This document shows, in pieces, positions 21,201 to 30,181 of a stretch of 64,000 nucleotides of DNA (the stretch's first letter is position 1; each line of letters begins with the position of its first letter). Position numbers and translations under genes: made by a program. A model generated the notes under the pieces. It was given only the letters and a program-made list of their open reading frames with translations. It had not been told where the DNA came from and searched no databases. The DNA comes from Convolutriloba macropyga (Eukaryota). The stretch covers positions 18,414,001-18,478,000 of the forward strand of contig NC_134479.1 in NCBI RefSeq assembly GCF_964194025.1, in the 5' to 3' direction.

Positions 21201-24200
21201 CAAGCTTTCTAAGTCGAGATACATATCCCTTTTTATGTGCCTAATTACTGCTTTGAATTCATACTGATTGTCAAATGATACTATTGCAATGAGCCTGTCT
21301 GTATAGTCTTCTGTAAATCCAACAATAAAAATAATGAATAATTTATCTTCAAGAAAGATAGAGTACGTTTCTGCGGAGGTATTTTCGATGTTGGGGCTTC
21401 CGTGGGAAAAGAGTGTTAAATCAAATTTGTGCAGTTGTCTAACTTCATCTGAATCGTGCAAATAAGTTAATAATGTTTTGAAGAGCAATGACATTTAGAA
21501 AAAAGAAACATTTAAAAGGTAAACGATTTTTGTTTTTTGAAGGAACTAATTGGAAAAGCTGTCTACACTCCTGTCACCATGTAATATACCTTAGTCCGGC
21601 TATATTATTGTGTTAAATTTGTTGAAGTAATGTTTCCCGCTAATTTAATTAACTACTTAGTAGCATGGCTTTTATTACTTAAATTATTCTTTTCGCATGA
21701 TTAATTGTTCAGGGCCTGAGCAGTTTCAATATTGCTTCGGAGCAGGGCCGACAGCTATAAGTTTTGTCACTAGAGAAAGAGATTCCAATCTAAGACTGAA
21801 TTACTTGTCTACTGATTTTGAACTTGACAATCTTGGTTGTGTTGCTTAGATTATTACTTTTTAAGACCTGAGGGCCGTATTTACATTTGAGTAATCACTT
21901 ACACAAATACATCAAGATTAAATCAAGATAAATAGAACTTCTGGCGCGTGCTGTCACGTGCCGGGCAAATAAGATGAACATAGTAAAGTTTACATTGTAA
22001 ATATAAATACAGGCTAGCATTGTCACAAATTCCTCTATTATGGGTAAATCAAATAACAAAAGATAGTTAAATGGTTTTTAAGACAAATATACTTGAGAAA
22101 GTTTACAGGATGTTAATAAAATAAATATAAATTTTCTCATCTTAATAAGGCAAAAATGAAGTCTTAATATGGCCTTGAGATTATAGCAAGTATAGCACTA
22201 AATAAGGCGAACAGTAAAATTGGGGAAAAGATATATCGATTACTATATAAAACGTACTTTAGGACGTTACATCATTTAACCATACAAAAATTTAATTTCT
22301 CTCAGTTTGGAGTGAGCAGGTAGACACGTAAGAGATTTGATAACTATAATACTTTTTTGATAAAATGACCTAATTGTTTATTTTCGCCGCACCTATTGCT
22401 CTTATGTTAATTTTTCAAATGATGCTGCTCAGAAACAATGAGGTGTTTTCTAATAAAACAATCCTAAACAATTGCTTGAAACTACGACTGAGCAACCACT
22501 GCTTGAGTTCGAGAGCACATAAAACTTTTTTGGACTTTCAGAAATTCGCCCAAATTTGCTGTTTTTATACGAGTCATTATCGATCTAACCATATGACAGA
22601 ATGCGCTTACAAATGTTCGTTTTGAATTTTAAGGGTTCCGAACGAATACTGAATTCAATGATCTCTCATAATCTGAAGTCAATTTTTAAACTTTCCCTGG
22701 ATTTCATACCATCCTTACTATTACTCCATTTCAGGGTATTATTATGCATTTTAATAATAGCATGATGCTTTCCTTGTACTGATTTGATTAAATATTGATT
22801 GTTTTGCCGTAGTTTCTGCTGTTAGTTAATTTTGTCAATTCGTGCTATCATTTAAAACGTGATATAATTTCTATACCGATATAGGCAGTCTTAATTGCTT
22901 AACAATTCCAAAGCGTTAATGAGTATAATGGTTTTGAGAACACTGATTTTCAAAAAAAAACCTTAGTTTTGCCCTCATCTTTTTCTTTTTAATCAAAACT
23001 TGGTAGGTTTTGGAAAAACAAAGATTTTTTCGTTTTTGATTGATCGAATGTAGCGGAAAGTGATGTCAAACCTCTAGTTACCCTTTCTCTTATGTGGAGG
23101 AAGGTCGGAGCTAGCTGAGCGAAAGCTCAAATGCGCAATCCTCCTCCTTGTATACGATTGAACACACTATTTGCATTGAAGTACATCGTATATTATATAC
23201 GTATATGTAGACTCAACTGCATTACTCAATTTGACATGAAAGGAGAGTACGCAGAAAAACTGTATACAAATAAATGCTCAAGTTTAGAATATAAAAAATT
23301 TGTGGCATGAAACCAACGCTTATCAAATGCTATTATAAGGATAGAACATCCGAAAACCCATTTTTGTTTATTCGTTTTTTCTTTTAGCGTTACTTAATTT
23401 ACAGATGCCAATGACTTATATGTTTGTTAAATTACCTGTTCGCGCCTTTATTGAATGAGTTATTCACAGTTGACTCATTGGAGAGTCAAGTATTTGGGCT
23501 TTTTTGTCACGTACATCTGTAATTTAAGTTTATGCGACTACAATTTTAGCACTAGTTATCACTGGTTTCATCAGTCTTCGGCCTCGTAGTCTAGTAGTCT
23601 AATTCCAGTAGTCTAATATCAACTTATGTGAAAAGCTTCCCTGAACCCAGTACTCCGTTTCATAATACAAACAAATGTGGCAAGCACTCACTAAATTGAG
23701 GTGATAAACTTCGGATCCAGTAGAGTGACTGTCCACCTGGTATACGTCACACAGATCGTGAGAAGTAGGGGGAGCTCCTCTGTAGAATCGTCTGTCCATC
23801 TTGTGCAGATCCAACTCCACACATCTATTTGCGCCCCGATACGCATACCAATAGGTCGCCATACCTGAAGGCGAAAAATACAGCTTCATGGGCAAAAATT
23901 TATTAGTCGCATCTTATGCTATTAACCTTTAACTACTTATCGAATAATGTTTAACTGTTATAATAATTCATTCAATTCAGCTTTCGATCAACCACTCATT
24001 TGAAAATGTAGCAAAAAGACACCAACTTCAAGAATAAACAAAACTTCCTTGGTTTACTCAAAGCAAAATGATTGCAAGGACAAAATCAAAAAAGGGTCAA
24101 AAGAACATGGTTTGACTCCAAATCGTCAACTCCAACTTTTTTTCAATGAAAGCAGAAACTTGACAAAACTGCTGCTAAAGCAAACTTGTTGATCATTAGA

Positions 24201-27200
24201 CGTCAAACACAGAAAACAGACGAATTCAAAATTACAAACATTTCAGTTGTAGATTATCGTGGCCGCAAGGTACTAAAATAAATACATTCTACCTAGAAAG
24301 CTGACAAATCAAGAAGATGGTCTCTGAAAAAATTTGGACCTCAAGGACCAAACTAACAAATAGATAAAACTTCAACTGCAAAAGTCACAAAGAACATATT
24401 GAATTTAGTTTTTAAAAAACTAGCTCTTCCTGAGAAAAACAACTAGCCTGGAGGTTAACAGAAACCTTGCTTGCCATTTATGTGGTGGCCCCTCCCATTG
24501 GTAGGCAGCGAAAGGCTACCCGACCGACGGTGTGTAGTCATCAGACCTTTGAGGGTTTGCAACAGGAGACTGATCAGATCAGATCCTTTGACTCCCGTGA
24601 GACGGGGCCCCCGGATTATCCGGATCTCTAGGTAGAGGAGAGTCTTCGTGTTGAGAGCCTCTAGTCCCTCTCCTTCCGACCTCTCTGCCTTTACTGTAGG
24701 ACCAGCCATGTTTCTCGTAACAATGATTCACCAGGCTCTTCTTGACATTATACTGTTGAGCACATTTCGGGCATTGAAACACTTGACTGCTATTGTCCAC
24801 AGTTATATCTGAGCTTGCTTGTGCGGCTGATTCTTGAGTACTTGCTACTTTCATATCACTTTCCACTACCACGCATTGCGGGTGTGCATTTCTCATGTGA
24901 GCTTTCCACCAGCCTACTGTCTTGTATGACTTATTACAGCCACTCAAGGGGCAGCAAAGCAGTGTTGTTGTTGGTATTACGATCATTTCTGGGTCTAATT
25001 CCGACTCCATTGTTGTTACATCATGATCGGTTCTCACATGCCAGTTCATTTCCTTTGTAGTTGCAAACATGCGACTACAATTTTTCATAGAACACTCTAC
25101 TATCTGTGGTCTTTCACTCAGATTGAAAAAGTGTCGACTAATAAAAATCTTTGTAAAGCCAATTCTGTTATACGGCCTTGAAACCAGCATCACGAGAAAA
25201 ACTGATAGAGAAAATGAGTGCCGTGCTAAATAAAGCACGAAGAACGGTCATGAAGATAAATGACAAACGTGTGATGCCAGTAAAGGAGTTGAGCGAAGCT
25301 GTCCCTCTGAAGGACATAGAGACCGAGTTGGCGGTCAGAAGAGCCAATCTTTGGGTGAGCCTCAATAATCTAAAAGTCCCTGAGCTACTTTCGACTTGTA
25401 AGAGCCGAAAGACATACACCAAAGACTGGCTAAGAACACTCAAAAACGACTTAAAGAGGCTAAAAGTTGCCAATATTGAAGAGTGGATCAAGAGACCGAA
25501 GTCGATGAAATATTCAGACAAGGTTGATACCGCCATTTATGCAAACAAAAGAACACCATTTGTCCGAAGAATGGAATCTTATAAATACTGAAACTAATAA
25601 TTACCGAACGCTATTAAAGATGATGGTAATTCCAGCTAGCAATGGCTCTAATGAAATTTGATAACCTAATGCACTATGATTTAATGACCGGGCTTTGCAT
25701 GTTTATCCCGTTTCTTTTGATTTTGCTCTTTCGACAGTATTCACTGCATTAGGTAATTCAATGAGTGAAAGAATTTAAAATCCATTTAGATGAAACAGCA
25801 AGTGAGGTAAGTCAAACGAGAAAATCGTGACTGATGTAAAAAATATTTTCAGTGCCTAAACAAAAGCGAGTTTTTGTTCTACTCCGTTTTCTCAATCTAC
25901 TTAAAATTTGAATAAAAAATCACGTCGCAAAACCACTCGCTTTTTTGCGCCACTACCTGATTCGGCGTGACCAATCCAATTTCCCCTGAAAATTGCCTTC
26001 AAAATTCATGAAAATATGTGAGCGAGAACAATTAGTTTTGACTACATTGAGATTAAGCAATTAGATCACAAGAACAACAGAAACAAGCACGACTAAAAAT
26101 TTTTTTTTCAAAAAAAAAACAAGGTCAAAGTCCGAAAACGACTTCTATCAACTAAATGCCACTAATTATCTTCCTTTACTGCACAAAAGCAATCAATGAA
26201 ACCTGTCATTAAAGAGTTTGAGTGATAAAAAATCAGTAAGTACAATAAATAATTGCAAAACTGAAAAAAATCACTATAGTGATTAAAATGGACAGCGTAT
26301 AAGTCAAAGAAAGCAAAACCTACGAACTGAAATGATTATTTGCATAAATAAAGATTCCTAGAAACCGATTAAACATGTCAAAAATAGGACTAAGATAAAA
26401 GATAACAAAGTTGAGAACAAAAACACTCAAAAAAATCTATATTTCTTAAAAATCATTAGTGTCAAGGTCACAGAAAGCATCAGATTTGAAGAGAAACAAT
26501 TAAAACGACTAAACTAGCCCCGATTAGCAACCAATGAGGCCTGTACGTAAGGAAAAAACCATAAGATAACAAAAACTACAAGAACAACAATAACTCCAAT
26601 AATTTTTTGAGAAAAAATAGCGTCAAATTCATGAAAACTATTAATCTATCAACTCGAACATTTAATTAGGATCGTCGGCGCTTCATTATTAACCAATCAG
26701 AACTGTCATTGAAGATACTAAGTGATAAGACAAAAGAAATAATTTTAAAAAGTGGGCAAAATCAAACATTCAATAATATTTTATGACAAAAAGTGTCAAA
26801 GTCATAAAAAAAGTGTCAAAGAGCTGCCCCTTGATGTATTTAAGAAAATTGCAAATTAGAACACATATGTATCATGCTGAAAGCACTAAAAAAAGAAACA
26901 CTGAAAACAAGTCAAATTCACGCATGTTAAAAAAGGACCCTCTCGAAAACCAAAAATTTGTTCAAACACAAATTTCTGACTCACTCCATTTTAAATGTAG
27001 TTTGAAAAAACCACCGCTCAATGTTACTCTTCACTTAATTCTCATTGGCCAAACAAAATCGCTTGATTCAAAATGGACTACAAATGGATTCGGAAAACCA
27101 ATTAGAACATATCCGGTGAAAAAATAGAGAAAACAACACAAATCAAAGTCAAATTGCCACAAGAGAACTAAAAATCACAAGCAAAATATTAAATTTTTTT

Positions 27201-30181
27201 CAAACACCGTTTTCTCTCTACTCTAAAATTACTCAATTTTTCGCTCCACTTCCTGTTTCGGCTGGACCAAAATCATCAATTCAGTTCGACTTCAAAAATC
27301 ATAAAAATGGACAGATTTTTCAGCAACCGCCGCAAGAATTCCTCAAACGACTCGAAGGAGACAATGGGGCACCCCCAACTGACATAATGAACATCCTACT
27401 TAATAACACTAATAACTCTGAAACAAAAACATGAAAATGAACAGTGAAAAAGTATCTGAACAGAAAAGCTGATAAAGCATCTGATACAAAAAGTTGAGAC
27501 TCCCAAACAATTATTGGCAAAAATACCACGCGGCACGTTTCGTTTTCATTCATTAGACGACTAAAAATGGACAGAAAAATCAACAAAATTATTTTATATG
27601 GAGAAATAGTAAGACCGGGAAAAGAAAAAATAAAAAAAGATTCTCCGCAGCAAAATTCCATAATTTCAGCCAAATTTTGCGGAAAATGCAAATACGCTAC
27701 TTCGCAATCATTATTTAAAAAAATATATTACAGCGTCTGGTCAACCAATCAACCACCCAACACCTTGCAGATTAATACAAAAAAAAGCGAAGAACGAAAA
27801 ATTAAAAATTAGGAATTTGTAAAAGTTATTTCATTGAAGAGTATCCTATCATCTACCTTCAGTGCTTACCAAAAACACCTCTAGGATAATTCTGAATAAA
27901 AGATTCAACGGGAAACAATAGCGAAAAGCACAAAATCAGAGGCAAAAAAGTGCATTGGAGCAAATAGAGTATTGAAATGCCCGCAAAACAATAGGCAACT
28001 CATATCATGCTAATAAAATTGTTTAGGATTAGAAAAAACTTAAAATTTCTAGATTAATTGCCATTTTTCTCAAAGAAACATTTAAAATCAACAAACCTGT
28101 AATTACTCAGTTCCCAAAAACGCCTGAGGTAATACGCGTCTATTCAAATCCCACTTAGCGCATTAAAAACAAAGCGAAAAATCGATAAAATTCAAAAATC
28201 AGCAAAACAGATTAAAGAACCTCAATAACACTATCATTTCCCCTCAACCATCAAAACACTATTAAAACACGCCTAAAATTAATAGGATATCAATCAAATC
28301 ATGATCAAAAATTGAAAAGAAAACTGCTTTTATACAAAGTCTCGTGAAAAAATTTAGACCGCATAGAGAAATTTTTTCCACGCCTCAATTGTTCTCTCCC
28401 TCTGTGGCATGAATAAAAACCACGCCTTTCGATCGACTCTTCAGTTTTGTTCAGCGACCAAATTACAACAAACTTTCTCACGCGTTTCATTTCCTACTTC
28501 AAAATTCAATCCAATAAAATTTATTTAAAAAGGACTTCTCCAATACTCCTCTTCGAGTCGTAAAAAAGACAGCACCCCAATAAAATTCAAATTTTTTTCA
28601 TTGTAAAAAAGGAGAGCGTAATTTTTTTAAAATCTTTTGCATTGTAGGTCTAAATAATAGCCGTAGAGATGCTGACGGCGGCTATTAATTACCAATAATT
28701 AAAAAATAGCAAACCAAAGAACCGCAATAGAACGACTGGTGAATCGCTGACATTGGATCAACATTGGACATTAAAAAAATCTGTTGTTCTAAAATTCAGA
28801 AAAGTACTTTAACGCAAGTCCAAAATTTATGAACTTCATCGATTTATTTATCTCTCTCGGACATGTCCTCTCTTCCGAAACAACTCGCTTAAAGGCTCTC
28901 CAAAATACAGTCTTCTCTTTATGTCACTCGGATAATTGCCCGATCTATACACCTGCTCATTTAAGTCGTTGCTGTTTTTGTTGATCTGTTAATGAAGTTC
29001 TCCTGATAATCATTAAAAAATTTTTGGCTTAAAATTGATTCAAATTCAAAGACCGAGAGAACATGCAGTCTGAAACAAGATTAGAAGCTTTAAAGACAAT
29101 GCTGCGCCTAAAAAACTCTGACCATGAAAATTCGATTTAAATTACCATAATTTATTCCCAGCATCTCACATAATTCTCCATCGAGGTAGTAACTCTGGGA
29201 GCAGAATTTGAGTGACTCCAAAGCACCATTTGCATTTGCACTATTCACTGGCATTGACATGTTGGGACCTCCTGCCCCGTATCCTCCGCCTGCATGAGTC
29301 TAAATAACTGTAATATTAAGAAAAACTACCAAAATATAATTCTTATACTTGTAGTTTCTGCGTAATCGCAGCGGAACAGCATTAGCCCATAGCGGCTTGT
29401 TCTCAGCTGTTCCTTTTCTTTTTATTCCCCATATTTCAGACAGTTCTCATTCATGTTCGCAAATTGTTTGGTTACTAGGACCACTTTTTTTGCGTCTGAA
29501 ACTTTCACATGGTACCATCATTGCGGCCAAGATTGGTCAGGCTACAGTCAACCTGAAGCTATGTTTAAGTAAGAGCTCATCCTCACACATCTTCACAGAG
29601 GCAGAGGATCGACCATCAATCATTGTCGTGTGAATAACAAACTTTACTGCAGAGATAATTTTTTTTCTACACTGATCAGAAGTTTCATCATCCATAGAGT
29701 AAAAGCAAGTTTAAAAATATTCTTTTAATAGAACAATTGTGGGAAGCGAGAGGTCACCCTGGCCATAGATGCGGAAGTAAGCTAGCTTCTTACCTGGTGA
29801 GGTGCGTTGATTGCATGGCCCTGACCGTATTGGCCCGAAGGCGATCTGACCTAAACAAAACCTGCCTATTATACATCGTTTTAAGCAATTATCAGCTTTA
29901 AATTATCAGTATTAGAACATCACAGCTAACAAGGGGTGCGTTTAACGATTTATAAGTTGAGAGTAGTTCTGTACTGTAATTTCTAATTTAATAACTCAGC
30001 TATACATTAAATGAACTAAAAATTGCGGAATTCAACTGCAGTTTAATACTTTAAATTTGAAATGACTTCGAAGAATGCAACTGACCCTTAGATCTAATCT
30101 GCCACCTGTGAGCGAATACTCGCCCTCCTTCAGCACAAAATCAGTCACTATCTTCTCACTGTTGTTGTGATCCCCATCCAT
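87..30181 (-). CDS. WDR20: WDR20/DMWD-family WD40 protein (USP12/46 cofactor), multi-exon, 3' end beyond the left edge
   Basis: GT-AG exons 30181-30106, 29850-29794, 29646-~29590 (boundary unresolved), 29299-29146, 23864-23692, 7090-6961, 6528-6366 and 235-87. Phases are compatible apart from the unresolved join. Peptides KIVTDFVLKEGEYSL, YWYAYRG..MDRRFYRGAPPTSHD, VGFTQGQ..KLFNEEK..KVTCIKWLPNSESEFVVGHLSG and KNPLHKWLVGHGSVNELQFAP parallel WDR20 in order. Confidence 0.88.
2980..3705 (-). pseudogene. WDR20: Duplicated WDR20 exon pair (3705-3576 and 3142-2980); the second carries a premature TAA
   Basis: Copies of 7090-6961 and 6528-6366. TCG GAG TTT GTA has become TCG GCG TTT TAA (stop at 3129-3131). 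Splice sites are retained. Confidence 0.85.
3882..4575 (-). repeat. Third LTR copy created by local tandem duplication (not a solo LTR)
   Basis: Same 694-bp LTR with the same TCATT flank (3877-3881). Followed by the PPT and env 3' end (to ~4811) rather than by a TSD. About 7 substitutions versus 7267-7960. Confidence 0.93.
6366..6528 (-). CDS. WDR20: WDR20 exon (intact copy)
   Basis: tttcag|ESEFVVGHLSGAIYHYSATEP...ASSN|gtaagg. 163 nt, phase 1 to 2. Confidence 0.88.
6961..7090 (-). CDS. WDR20: WDR20 exon (intact copy)
   Basis: tatag|VGFTQGQAQLTDYRGGQNNGKLFNEEKAYEQSKVTCIKWLPNS|gtaaat. 130 nt, phase 0 to 1. Confidence 0.88.
7267..7960 (-). repeat. 3' LTR (694 bp)
   Basis: Direct repeat of 21580-22271, 80 nt downstream of the env stop. 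Preceded on the minus strand by a short purine-rich tract (AAACGTGGGTAG, 7961-7972; weak PPT). Confidence 0.97.
8040..10457 (-). CDS. env: Envelope / class I fusion glycoprotein (805 aa), intact ORF
   Basis: ATG at 10457 with signal-like MKTLNCSFLSLFFLVS. Furin site RSRQKR followed by a hydrophobic fusion peptide AAPVAAAAAVAEIALFGSLGV. Heptad-rich region, Cys-rich ectodomain, TM LSLTLTITVFIGNLLLHILVMYLY and a ~135-aa tail. Lies directly before the 3' LTR. Resembles baculovirus-F/errantivirus/paramyxovirus-F-type proteins. Confidence 0.92.
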   Translation of the reverse strand: MKTLNCSFLSLFFLVSEIINTETPTKYEALTKGILFHKESKILLAEKFVNVEFLVPFPQYDFVMKQQIEDMLEKLATMWTQPSIVYPVNFSEPFNSSNKPFNFDWMLSKITNETKSAENEVKHMRNVTAEFLSPEENGQRSRQKRAAPVAAAAAVAEIALFGSLGVSMASSEGCGITRLFGKCQNYGRKNAENIARLNDYASVLTDYVLEVESASNEKFFLISNEIAKVSKIHQEMQDNQNKNWKVVQDQFNIFEKNFHLLRDCTQMLFSNQQLNFNFDAVASLLSILYADIKSYRSALYAYSINLLNSIPILLDKRLPMSLVPRESLLAVLDSVHDSQKHSTDRLSLAIPMKDLMSYYDAKLVYEIATVEQGLLLTLAIPPASRQTSFHVYSAHVIPMPQQDPKEALQWIIEGPHLAISQDSMETTTLTQQQLDNCLGSSTYRICHETMETHLAQSSCLATLYFHATVVALSVCQTEKVMLPTPETARSLGYGIWLIMSAKPFTWREYNLNDASLPTSEEKEGCQLCIITLQCGIQLISKHIKIRPDLSSCQTIPATRIDVKLADSLQHLISSLPEIEKLPYFTSKTDANIELFQQLRVEMISTTDSLKQADLDKIAAPLVHKMQLLKPSLVEKLESYNPIKLSLTLTITVFIGNLLLHILVMYLYHKIKFFQRITPNFMKFSDGKIPLKPVVSVANSELTKIQSLDHKMKNLMTIVGETNIDNNIDARLLKIEEEIQYLDNEICVLKTMTDHKVDISATTQKPNLPIRRSKSTISMRSNRLNPEFLQQLNNDCMETDENATET
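10837..11097 (+). CDS. Possible small antisense membrane protein inside the LTR element
   Basis: ORF with ACCATG at 10837-10842, just after an acceptor-like TTTTCTAG. C-terminal hydrophobic LFYMILTVLSIYLSIIAVVA followed by basic residues. Confidence 0.3.
   Translation: MCFNITVLNSILSCCPNGKFFPKFGVWVKTVIPQCQQQVEGGSGGGQSDSDIRLFYMILTVLSIYLSIIAVVACKLSFFKLLKVLH
11538..12691 (+). pseudogene. Antisense JmjC-domain protein (KDM2/KDM7-like lysine demethylase), ~384 aa when repaired; one stop and one 1-nt deletion
   Basis: Reading ORF 11499-11939 past TGA 11937 gives GA*CTVGHIEWG. Adding one G to the G6 run (11962-11967) joins it to ORF 11936-12691 (GGESVAKVISRSKLWLI...HVAEPLDLIIQPSFAVHAVIT...ALVTG). 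This matches KDM2/7 NVISLEF..P, YTDFHxDFGGTSV, K(V/I)F(W/Y)LI, IPSGWIHAVxT and LVFGG. Confidence 0.82.
13736..14175 (-). pseudogene. TARG1/OARD1(Poa1p)-like macrodomain at the Pol C-terminus, one in-frame stop
   Basis: FFYHRGDILNSRRSFARCISSNMKMSKGLA...NLN*YIFNLVTKENYYDKPTYYNLSVALHTL...INLPKFGCGLDQL...IIEVFSDVPVKIHLY aligns motif by motif with OARD1 (KGDLF..SLAHCISEDCRMGAGIA; RYIYYLITKK...KPTYENL; MPRIGCGLDRL; IEEVF). Confidence 0.9.
19203..20408 (-). pseudogene. gag: gag, disrupted by a stop and frameshifts
   Basis: ATG at 20408 (MAANAQITVEPYSGAEN*SFRQFE...). Fragments in ORFs 19984-20229 and 19392-20027. CCHC knuckle CYTCGYPNHRSSQC at ~19270-19311. Stop TAA at 19203-19205. Confidence 0.88.
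19206..19212 (-). promoter_or_regulatory. -1 ribosomal frameshift slippery heptamer A AAA AAC
   Basis: gag ends TCA AAA AAC TAA, and the pol frame (…ATC AAA AAA CTA ATA AAG CCA…) is -1. Exact X XXY YYZ pattern. Confidence 0.8.
20478..20824 (-). pseudogene. Leader ORF3 (~115 aa), probably frameshifted near 20765
   Basis: ATG at 20824 (MPSHDLYITQILPVVNN...) is one frameshift from ORF 20478-20753 (FLEYVDCNYIQF...DFESPLIIISE), which ends 70 nt before the gag ATG. Confidence 0.4.
20967..21131 (-). CDS. Leader ORF2, 54-aa small transmembrane protein
   Basis: MSFDKFCLYFTVAFFIFFIIAYYLITALFIYLFMTDSAISFFQLSIVNATEIGV*. Below the ORF-track cutoff. ~27-residue hydrophobic stretch and a C-terminal NAT sequon. 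Confidence 0.45.
   Translation of the reverse strand: MSFDKFCLYFTVAFFIFFIIAYYLITALFIYLFMTDSAISFFQLSIVNATEIGV
21162..21494 (-). CDS. Leader ORF1 of the LTR element, 110 aa, unknown function
   Basis: Intact ATG-initiated ORF (TAAATGT context) 72 nt after the PBS, upstream of gag, with globular-looking composition. Confidence 0.5.
   Translation of the reverse strand: MSLLFKTLLTYLHDSDEVRQLHKFDLTLFSHGSPNIENTSAETYSIFLEDKLFIIFIVGFTEDYTDRLIAIVSFDNQYEFKAVIRHIKRDMYLDLESLKFQLIFESGDSN
21566..21579 (-). promoter_or_regulatory. Primer binding site, tRNA-Leu-like
   Basis: Minus strand reads TGGTGACAGGAGTG immediately after the 5' LTR. It is complementary to a tRNA 3' end CACTCCTGTCACCA, one mismatch from the tRNA-Leu(CAG)-type end CACTCCTGACACCA. 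Confidence 0.75.
21580..22271 (-). repeat. 5' LTR (692 bp)
   Basis: TG...CA termini with 5-bp inverted ends. About 98% identical by eye to 7267-7960. Followed on the minus strand by the PBS. Confidence 0.97.
23692..23864 (-). CDS. WDR20: WDR20 exon
   Basis: ttcag|GT ATG GCG ACC TAT TGG ... CTC AAT TTA|gtgagt. Encodes YAYRG...DRRFYRGAPPTSHDL. Confidence 0.88.
24460..25591. mobile_element. Truncated non-LTR retrotransposon (RTE-like) with an inverted 5' part
   Basis: Plus strand ~25120-25591 encodes an RT thumb (CRLIKIFVKPILLYGLE...KARRTVMKI...RR). Minus strand ~25115-24579 encodes three C2H2 fingers, then a stop and a UTR ending in CAAGCAAG. Confidence 0.6.
29146..29299 (-). CDS. WDR20: WDR20 exon
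   Basis: ...LDGELCEMLGINY(G), compare DRLCFNVG. Donor GTAATT, phase 1, matches the next exon. Confidence 0.65.
30106..30181 (-). CDS. WDR20: WDR20 first coding exon
   Basis: MDGDHNNSEKIVTDFVLKEGEYSLT(G), compare IKTQFTTREGLYKL. Phase-1 donor. Confidence 0.72.

Larger units (their letters stand above)
7267..22271 (-). mobile_element. Full-length (~15.0 kb) env-bearing Ty3/gypsy-type LTR retroelement (endogenous retrovirus-like) with accessory genes; gag-pol decayed
   Basis: Two ~0.69-kb direct repeats bounded by TGTAA...TTACA (7267-7960, 21580-22271). 5-bp TSD TCATT at 7262-7266 and 22272-22276. PBS next to the right LTR. Minus-strand order gag(CCHC)-PR-RT-RNaseH-IN-env, with IN after RNase H as in Ty3/gypsy. 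Confidence 0.97.

Noticed and set aside
26783-28490. Short ORFs in the A-rich WDR20 intron, and similar 60-120 aa ORFs across 30-62 kb
   Set aside because: They are low-complexity K/N- or F/L-rich translations of repeat-derived DNA with no recognisable domains.
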